Source of the DNA: Flavobacteriaceae bacterium
GTDB lineage: Bacteria; Bacteroidota; Bacteroidia; Flavobacteriales; Flavobacteriaceae
Length of the DNA: 64,000 nucleotides
Direction: 5' to 3'
NCBI GenBank assembly: GCA_965250265.1
Contig: CBDFNO010000012.1
Location: 456,582-520,581, forward strand
Position 1 is the first letter of the stretch; each line of letters starts with the position of its first letter. Under the pieces are notes generated by a model. The model was given only the letters and a program-made list of their open reading frames with translations, was not told the DNA's origin and made no database searches. This document shows, one piece after another, positions 57,674 through 64,000 of the stretch. Made by a program: the position numbers and the translations under genes.

Positions 57674-60330
57674 AACAAGGTGATCTGCCCTTCTTCATCA
57701 TTATCAAAATCTTCTTCAGGATTACCATTTAATAATGGTTTTGAAACATTTTCTACATTAGTAGTCTCTCTAGTTATAGTTTCTTCATCAACTACTTCAA
57801 TATCATCAGCATGAACCTCTTCTGGAGCATCATAAGGCAGCGATTCTAATAAATTAATTTGCTTAATTTTTTCTGTGGTTAACTGATTTCCAAGTGCTTT
57901 TATACCTTTAACAGCTATAAATTCCTCAAGATTAACTTTATCATTTTCTTTACGATCCTTACCTCTTTCTTTAGTAAACTCAATTTCAGCCATTGGTTTC
58001 CAATCTGTAGACACAATTTCTAATTGTGTATTTCTGTGTTCGGTTATAAACTTTTCTTCTTTGTTTTCATTTTCAATTAAAAAGCGTTTTACAAAATAAC
58101 GGTCTTTATCTCCATCAAAATAAATAGCAGAAATTGGTTTTTTAGGGATCCATTTTTCAAGTATAATCATATCCTCATCAAAATGTACAGACATTTCCGG
58201 AATTATCGTTTTTACAACTCCTGCTTGTGTTATAATTATGATTCTATCTTCTCCTCTGAACTCGCCTATCAACTCTCCTCTTTCATCAAGATTTAAACGC
58301 TGTACAGTATCATCAAACCATATTTTACGCGGTTTTAAAGTAGAAACCCCTTTTTCTTTTAATTCAATTTTTTTGACAGAATATTTAGTAACCACATTTC
58401 CTTTTGAAGCGCGACCTTTAATTATAACATCAGCAAAATCTATGTCCCATTTTAGTTTTTTAATACTTCCGACCTGGCGCAAAAATATGGTAACAACTTC
58501 AGCTTCTCCATTTGGGTTAGCTGAAAAATACCATACTTTGGAGCCTTTATTTCCATAAGCTAAATCGTATTCTTTATCTCGAGTAACTCCGGTTACTGCA
58601 AAACGCTTAATATAAGAAGCACCTCTAGCACCATCACGATAAATCATATTATAAATGGTACGCTTATCTTTTTTCTTAAACACAGCTACGTGAATAATAC
58701 CTTTTCCAATAAAAGTCTTTGAGTCCACTTTTGTAATCATCATTTTACCTTCATTGGTAAACACAATAATATCATCAATATCACTACAATCACACACATA
58801 TTCATCTCGACGTAACGAAGTGCCTATAAAACCTTCTCCTCTATTTACATAAAGTTTAGTGTTACGTATAACTACTTTTGTAGCAACTATATCATCAAAT
58901 ACTTTGATTATGGTTTTGCGCTCTTTCCCTTTACCATAATCCTTTTTGAGTCTTACAAAGTAAGCAATAGCATACTCTATTAAATGCTCTAAATCGTGCT
59001 TTACTTGTTCAATATGGTCTTCGAGTGCGTCAATTTTTTGTTGCGCCTTATCGATATCAAATTTAGAAATACGTTTAATTCGTATTTCGGTTAAACGCAC
59101 AATATCATCTTCTAAAACAGCTCTTTTTAAATGTTTGGTATGTGGTTTCAGTCCTTTGTCGATAGCACTAATAACACCTTCCCAGGTTTCCTCCTCTTCA
59201 ATATCTCGATAAATTCTATTTTCAATAAAAATACGCTCTAAAGATGCAAAATGCCATTGCTCCTCAAGCTCATTTAGTTTGATTTCTAATTCACTCTTTA
59301 AAAGTTGAACTGAATGATCTGTGGAACGTCGTAACATTTCGGACACACCAATAAACAATGGTTTATTATCCTCAATAACACAACCTAAAGGCGAAATAGA
59401 TTGTTCGCAACTCGTAAATGCATAAAGCGCATCAATAGTTTTGTCTGGTGAAATTCCAGAAGGTAAATGCACCAATATCTCAACTTGAGCAGCAGTATTA
59501 TCTTCAATCTTCTTGATCTTTATTTTACCCTTGTCATTGGCTTTTAAAATAGAATCTATTAACGAAGATGTTGTTGTACCAAATGGTACTTCGGTGATTA
59601 CTAACGTGTTTTTTTCATGTTGAGAGATTTTTGCTCGAACACGGACTTTACCACCTCGCAATCCATCATTATAATTCGTAAAATCTGCAATTCCTGAAGT
59701 TGGAAAATCTGGTAAAAGAGTGAAACGCTTCCCTTTTAAATGTTTTATAGAAGCATTTATAAGTTCAATAAAATTATGTGGTAATATCTTTGTTGATAAG
59801 CCAACGGCAATACCTTCTGCACCTTGAGCTAATAACAAAGGAAACATTACTGGTAAGTTTATAGGTTCTTTACGACGGCCATCGTAAGATGCTTGCCAAT
59901 GTGTAATTTTAGGATTGAATACAACATCTAATCCAAATTTAGATATCCGAGCTTCAATATAACGCGAAGCAGCAGCTCGATCTCCTGTAAGCACATTTCC
60001 CCAGTTTCCTTGAGTGTCTATCAATAAATCTTTTTGACCAATTTGCACCATAGCGTCTGCAATACTTGCATCTCCGTGAGGATGGTATTGCATGGTATGT
60101 CCTACAATATTGGCAACTTTATTATAACGGCCATCATCCAAATCTTTCATAGAATGCATGATACGCCGCTGTACAGGTTTAAAGCCATCTTCTATAGCAG
60201 GAACTGCACGTTCTAAAATTACATATGAAGCATAGTCTAAAAACCAATCCTTATACATCCCAGAAACTCTGGTAATCGTTTCTTGGTTGTTGTCGTTTTC
60301 ATTTATCAAATCGTCATTATCTTCTATCAT
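57670..60330 (-). CDS. parC: Type IIA topoisomerase subunit A (topoisomerase IV ParC-like)
   Basis: 886 aa with DGFKPVQRRI, HPHGD and AASRYIEAR (containing the active-site Tyr). It pairs with the 621-aa B subunit upstream. Confidence 0.85.
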   Translation of the reverse strand: MIEDNDDLINENDNNQETITRVSGMYKDWFLDYASYVILERAVPAIEDGFKPVQRRIMHSMKDLDDGRYNKVANIVGHTMQYHPHGDASIADAMVQIGQKDLLIDTQGNWGNVLTGDRAAASRYIEARISKFGLDVVFNPKITHWQASYDGRRKEPINLPVMFPLLLAQGAEGIAVGLSTKILPHNFIELINASIKHLKGKRFTLLPDFPTSGIADFTNYNDGLRGGKVRVRAKISQHEKNTLVITEVPFGTTTSSLIDSILKANDKGKIKIKKIEDNTAAQVEILVHLPSGISPDKTIDALYAFTSCEQSISPLGCVIEDNKPLFIGVSEMLRRSTDHSVQLLKSELEIKLNELEEQWHFASLERIFIENRIYRDIEEEETWEGVISAIDKGLKPHTKHLKRAVLEDDIVRLTEIRIKRISKFDIDKAQQKIDALEDHIEQVKHDLEHLIEYAIAYFVRLKKDYGKGKERKTIIKVFDDIVATKVVIRNTKLYVNRGEGFIGTSLRRDEYVCDCSDIDDIIVFTNEGKMMITKVDSKTFIGKGIIHVAVFKKKDKRTIYNMIYRDGARGASYIKRFAVTGVTRDKEYDLAYGNKGSKVWYFSANPNGEAEVVTIFLRQVGSIKKLKWDIDFADVIIKGRASKGNVVTKYSVKKIELKEKGVSTLKPRKIWFDDTVQRLNLDERGELIGEFRGEDRIIIITQAGVVKTIIPEMSVHFDEDMIILEKWIPKKPISAIYFDGDKDRYFVKRFLIENENKEEKFITEHRNTQLEIVSTDWKPMAEIEFTKERGKDRKENDKVNLEEFIAVKGIKALGNQLTTEKIKQINLLESLPYDAPEEVHADDIEVVDEETITRETTNVENVSKPLLNGNPEEDFDNDEEGQITLF

Positions 60331-60815
60331 CGACTATTCTTTAGTTTTCTATTATTTCTAACAATTTTATTCAAAGATTGCTTAACGTATTTTCGCTTTT
60401 TACTTTCTACAAGTGTTACATTAAAAATTTCTTTTTTTTTATGCCCACGACTATTTGTTATATATAGCACTAATCTTTTATAAATTATAAAGTTTTGAAA
60501 CTTGAAGTTAATTAATTTATCCTTTTCAAACTCTAAAGTATGCTCTTTAGATTTTAATGAATTTGTTGATAAAAGCCCTTTATTCATTATTCCAACTTTT
60601 AAACCATCACTATCATATTCAAAAAATTTAGTGACTTTAAATATTAATATAAATATTCCTAAAAAAATAAATACAGTAAATATGAATATTAATACAGAAT
60701 TTATTTCTAATTCACTAAAAACATTAAAAACGGTAGATAACGTTAGAGCTAGGACAATGAAAATAAAGTACCCAGAAATTACAATACCTCTAATTTTTGA
60801 ATTATTAATTCTCAT
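60327..60815 (-). CDS. 2-TM membrane protein with a PH-like beta-rich tail
   Basis: 162 aa. It overlaps the parE stop by 11 nt and the parC start by 4 nt. Confidence 0.55.
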   Translation of the reverse strand: MRINNSKIRGIVISGYFIFIVLALTLSTVFNVFSELEINSVLIFIFTVFIFLGIFILIFKVTKFFEYDSDGLKVGIMNKGLLSTNSLKSKEHTLEFEKDKLINFKFQNFIIYKRLVLYITNSRGHKKKEIFNVTLVESKKRKYVKQSLNKIVRNNRKLKNSR

Positions 60816-62670
60816 GTGATTCTTCTACTAAATCTAATTCTACTTTTAGATTGTTAATAATAAACTCTTGTCTATTTGGAGTATTTTTCCCCATATAGAA
60901 AGAAAGCAATTCTTCAATAGACATATTATCGTCTAACATTACTGGATCAAGGCGTATATCTTCACCAATAAAAAATTGAAACTCATCAGGTGAAATTTCA
61001 CCAAGTCCTTTAAATCGGGTAATTTCTGGTTTTGGTTTTAATTTTACAATAGCATCTCTACGTTCCTGTTCTGAATAACAATATATAGTTTCCTTTTTAT
61101 TTCGTACTCGAAACAAAGGTGTTTGCAAAATATATAAATGCCCTTCTTTTATGAGTTCTGGAAAAAATTGCAAAAAGAATGTAATTAATAACAATCGTAT
61201 ATGCATTCCATCTACATCTGCATCAGTCGCAATTACAATATTATTATAGCGAAGACTTTCAATAGATTCTTCAATATTTAAAGCTGCTTGCAACAAATTG
61301 AATTCTTCATTTTCATATACAATTTTCTTACTTAAACCATAAGAATTTAAAGGTTTGCCTTTTAAACTAAATACCGCTTGTGTGTTTACATCTCTTGACT
61401 TTGTAATACTTCCTGAAGCTGAATCTCCTTCGGTAATAAATAGTGTAGATTCTAAGCGTCTTGCTTTTTTTTGATCGCCAAGATGCACACGACAGTCACG
61501 TAGTTTTTTGTTATGTAAATTTGCTTTTTTTGCGCGCTCTCTAGCAATCTTCCGTATTCCTGATAGCTCTTTACGTTCACGTTCTGCCTGCAATATTTTA
61601 CGTTGAATAGCTTCAGCGGTAGATGGGTTTTTATGCAAGTAATTATCGAACTGCGTTTTTACAAAATCATTTATAAATGTTCTCACAGTTGGCAAACCAC
61701 CTCCCATTTCTGTGGAACCCAATTTGGTTTTGGTCTGACTTTCAAAAATAGGTTCCATCACTTTTATTGAAATAGCTGTTACTATAGATTTGCGAATATC
61801 TGAAGCTTCATAGTTCTTTCCGTAATACTCGCGAACTGTTTTTACTAATGCTTCTCTATATGCTGCTTGGTGTGTGCCTCCTTGTGTAGTGTGTTGTCCA
61901 TTTACAAAGGAATGATATTCTTCACTATATTGAGTTCTACTATGTGTTATTGCTATCTCTATATCTTCTCCTTTTAAATGAATAATTGGATAAAGGATAT
62001 CGCTTGTAGAAATATTTTCCTCTAAGAGATCTCTTAACCCATTCTCGCTAATGAACTTTTCTCCATTAAAAATTATGGTTAATCCTGTATTGAGATACAC
62101 ATAGTTCTTAAGCATTTTTGAAACATATTCGCTTCGGTACTTATACTTTTTAAAAATATTTTCGTCTGGAATAAAAGAAACCTTGGTCCCTTTACGACGA
62201 GACGTTTCATCTAATAAATCCTGATTGATTAAATTACCTTGCTCAAATTCAGCTGAAGCAGATTTCTCGTCACGTGTAGATTCTACTCTGAAAAATGAAG
62301 AGAGCGCATTAACGGCTTTGGTACCTACTCCATTTAATCCAACCGATTTTTTAAAAGCCTTAGAGTCATATTTTCCTCCTGTGTTCATTTTAGAAACTAC
62401 ATCAACAACTTTACCTAAAGGAATACCGCGTCCATAATCACGCACAATAACCTTGGTGCCTTGTATTGAAATGTCTATAGTTTTACCTGCTCCCATCACA
62501 TATTCATCGATGGAATTATCAAGCACCTCTTTTAACAGAATATATATCCCATCGTCAGGTGACGAACCATCACCAAGCTTACCAATATACATTCCAGGAC
62601 GCATTCTAATATGCTCTTTCCAATCGAGTGAACGTATATTATCTTCGGTATAGGTTGATTTTTGAGACAT
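60805..62670 (-). CDS. parE: Type IIA topoisomerase subunit B (topoisomerase IV ParE-like)
   Basis: 621 aa with a GHKL ATPase ([15 protein letters not shown]) and Toprim motifs ([18 protein letters not shown]). Confidence 0.88.
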   Translation of the reverse strand: MSQKSTYTEDNIRSLDWKEHIRMRPGMYIGKLGDGSSPDDGIYILLKEVLDNSIDEYVMGAGKTIDISIQGTKVIVRDYGRGIPLGKVVDVVSKMNTGGKYDSKAFKKSVGLNGVGTKAVNALSSFFRVESTRDEKSASAEFEQGNLINQDLLDETSRRKGTKVSFIPDENIFKKYKYRSEYVSKMLKNYVYLNTGLTIIFNGEKFISENGLRDLLEENISTSDILYPIIHLKGEDIEIAITHSRTQYSEEYHSFVNGQHTTQGGTHQAAYREALVKTVREYYGKNYEASDIRKSIVTAISIKVMEPIFESQTKTKLGSTEMGGGLPTVRTFINDFVKTQFDNYLHKNPSTAEAIQRKILQAERERKELSGIRKIARERAKKANLHNKKLRDCRVHLGDQKKARRLESTLFITEGDSASGSITKSRDVNTQAVFSLKGKPLNSYGLSKKIVYENEEFNLLQAALNIEESIESLRYNNIVIATDADVDGMHIRLLLITFFLQFFPELIKEGHLYILQTPLFRVRNKKETIYCYSEQERRDAIVKLKPKPEITRFKGLGEISPDEFQFFIGEDIRLDPVMLDDNMSIEELLSFYMGKNTPNRQEFIINNLKVELDLVEESHEN

Positions 62671-62815
62671 AAATATGCTTAAAATTAGATAGAATGCTAA
62701 TATAATATTTCAACTTAAAAAATGAAATATAGAACGAACAAAGTAATTAACAATGTTTTCACTACAAAACAGTGAAAACATAAATCACAAAATTAAAACT
62801 CCTAATTCCAATTAT

Positions 62816-63289
62816 TTAGTGTCCTTCATTAAGAGTTTGCGCTTTTTCAGCTACTTCTTTTAAAAGCTGATTTCTGATTTTTAAAAGATTTATTATGTAT
62901 TTTTCAAGAAATAAGCGATTTGCTAATTTTCCTAAAAAACCAAAAGATGATTGAAAATAAAATTCATCTATCATTAACGTTTGCTTTCTTTTTTGCTGAA
63001 AAATATGCAAGTGCCTAAAAGATTTGAAAGCTCCTGAAACCATTTCATCTACAAAATAATTAGGTGATTCAAACTCTGTAATTTTTGAAGTAAGTATTTG
63101 AGTAAATCCAAAATGTTTAGCTTCCCAAGTTACCGATTCGCCTAATCCGATTAATCCAGAAGTTTTGCCAGAGATAGCTTTTTCATTTGAATGTTTGAGT
63201 GATTCTTGATGAAAATCAATATTTCTTGCTAAATCAAAACAAATCTGTTTATTAGCTTCTATATAAGTATGTATTTCAATTTTTGGCAT
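62816..63289 (-). CDS. SRPBCC (START/cyclase-dehydrase-like) family protein
   Basis: 157 aa with a size and beta-alpha pattern typical of the family (VTWEAKHFG...SGAFKSFRHLH). Confidence 0.65.
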   Translation of the reverse strand: MPKIEIHTYIEANKQICFDLARNIDFHQESLKHSNEKAISGKTSGLIGLGESVTWEAKHFGFTQILTSKITEFESPNYFVDEMVSGAFKSFRHLHIFQQKRKQTLMIDEFYFQSSFGFLGKLANRLFLEKYIINLLKIRNQLLKEVAEKAQTLNEGH

Positions 63290-63353
63290 TGGGTTACACC
63301 AAAGATAAGTCTTTTATCTTTTTTCTAAAAGCGAAGCGGTCTTGATTCTAAAT

Positions 63354-64000
63354 TTAAACGTTAAACAAAAAATGCATCACATCACCATCTTTAAGCACAT
63401 AATTTTTTCCTTCCACACGCATTTTTCCAGCTTCTTTTACTTTGGCTTCACTGCCATAAGACACAAAATCGTTATAAGCAATAACTTCAGCCCTAATAAA
63501 TCCTTTTTCGAAATCTGTATGAATAACTCCAGCCGATTGAGGCGCTGTAGAGCCAACGTTAATTGTCCAGGCTCTTACTTCTTTTTCTCCTGCAGTAAAA
63601 TATGTTTGCTGATTAAGTAATTTGTAAGCCAAACGAATTAATTTTGAAGAGCCTGGTTCTTTTAATCCAATATCTTCTAAAAATAGTTGTCGCTCTTCGT
63701 AATCGTCTAATTCGTTAATATCGGCTTCAGTACCAACGGCCAATACTAACACTTCAGCATTTTCATCTTTAACAGCTGCTTTTACTTGTTCTACATAAGC
63801 ATTACCAGATACAGCAGCAGTCTCGTCAACATTACACACATACATCACAGGTTTGTCTGTAATAAATTGTGTTGGTTTTATATAAGCCACATAATCGTCT
63901 TCGCTAAATTCTAAAGCTCTTACCGAAATTCCTGCTTCTAAACTTTCCTTGATTTTATTTAAAACAGCTTCTTCTTTTTGAGCTTCTTTATTTCCTGTTT
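63354..64000 (-). CDS. ychF: Ribosome-binding ATPase YchF, C-terminal part (continues beyond the window end)
   Basis: The frame is open to coordinate 64000. It has a TGS-like C-terminus (IHTDFEKGFIRAEVI...DGDVMHFLFNV). Confidence 0.9.
   Translation of the reverse strand, partial: TGNKEAQKEEAVLNKIKESLEAGISVRALEFSEDDYVAYIKPTQFITDKPVMYVCNVDETAAVSGNAYVEQVKAAVKDENAEVLVLAVGTEADINELDDYEERQLFLEDIGLKEPGSSKLIRLAYKLLNQQTYFTAGEKEVRAWTINVGSTAPQSAGVIHTDFEKGFIRAEVIAYNDFVSYGSEAKVKEAGKMRVEGKNYVLKDGDVMHFLFNV

Noticed and set aside
63342-63620. 92-aa plus-strand ORF
   Set aside because: It lies antisense to the highly conserved ychF C-terminus.
1-64000. Scan for tRNA, rRNA, CRISPR arrays, transposases, integrases and phage structural genes
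   Set aside because: I found no cloverleaf-like or rRNA-like conserved stretches, no regularly spaced direct repeats and no recombinase motifs. The island at 42-49 kb therefore has no recognisable mobility gene.

Overview
A low-GC chromosomal segment, most likely from a Flavobacteriia (Bacteroidota) genome. Supporting signs are an lpxC-fabZ fusion, a PorX-type REC-PglZ regulator, a T9SS C-terminal sorting domain, and gene starts without Shine-Dalgarno sequences. About 85% of the window is densely packed housekeeping genes. These include leuC-leuD-leuA-leuB, a complete his operon (hisG-D-C-B-H-A-F-IE) with a candidate leader-peptide attenuator, and an lpxD-lpxC/fabZ-lpxA-efp-lpxD2 cluster. Also present are sucD, fabG, ftcD, truA, tsaE, ald, proline dehydrogenase, aroB, parE/parC and ychF. 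I saw no rRNA, tRNA, CRISPR array, transposase or integrase. Two accessory patches stand out. (1) 41.8-48.8 kb holds a peptide-toxin locus. It has a 60-aa double-glycine-leader precursor whose glycine-rich core has no basic residue and carries a Cys next to each end. With it are two membrane proteins, a dedicated TlpA-like thioredoxin and a C39-peptidase ABC exporter. It also has a cI-type HTH gene with a palindromic operator and a response-regulator gene broken by a 16-bp tandem duplication. The patch is bracketed by a 99-nt duplicated gene end and by paralogous 4-TM proteins. It resembles the bacteroidetocin type of locus but differs in several ways, and it is the best candidate for a poorly described system. 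(2) 55.1-57.3 kb holds a second cI-type HTH gene with strong palindromes beside a three- or four-ORF cassette of unknown function. Three genes appear decayed by small indels: a PAP2/haloperoxidase-like T9SS cargo, a BNR/sortilin-like protein, and the response regulator. All functional calls rest on motif recognition by eye. No database search was run.
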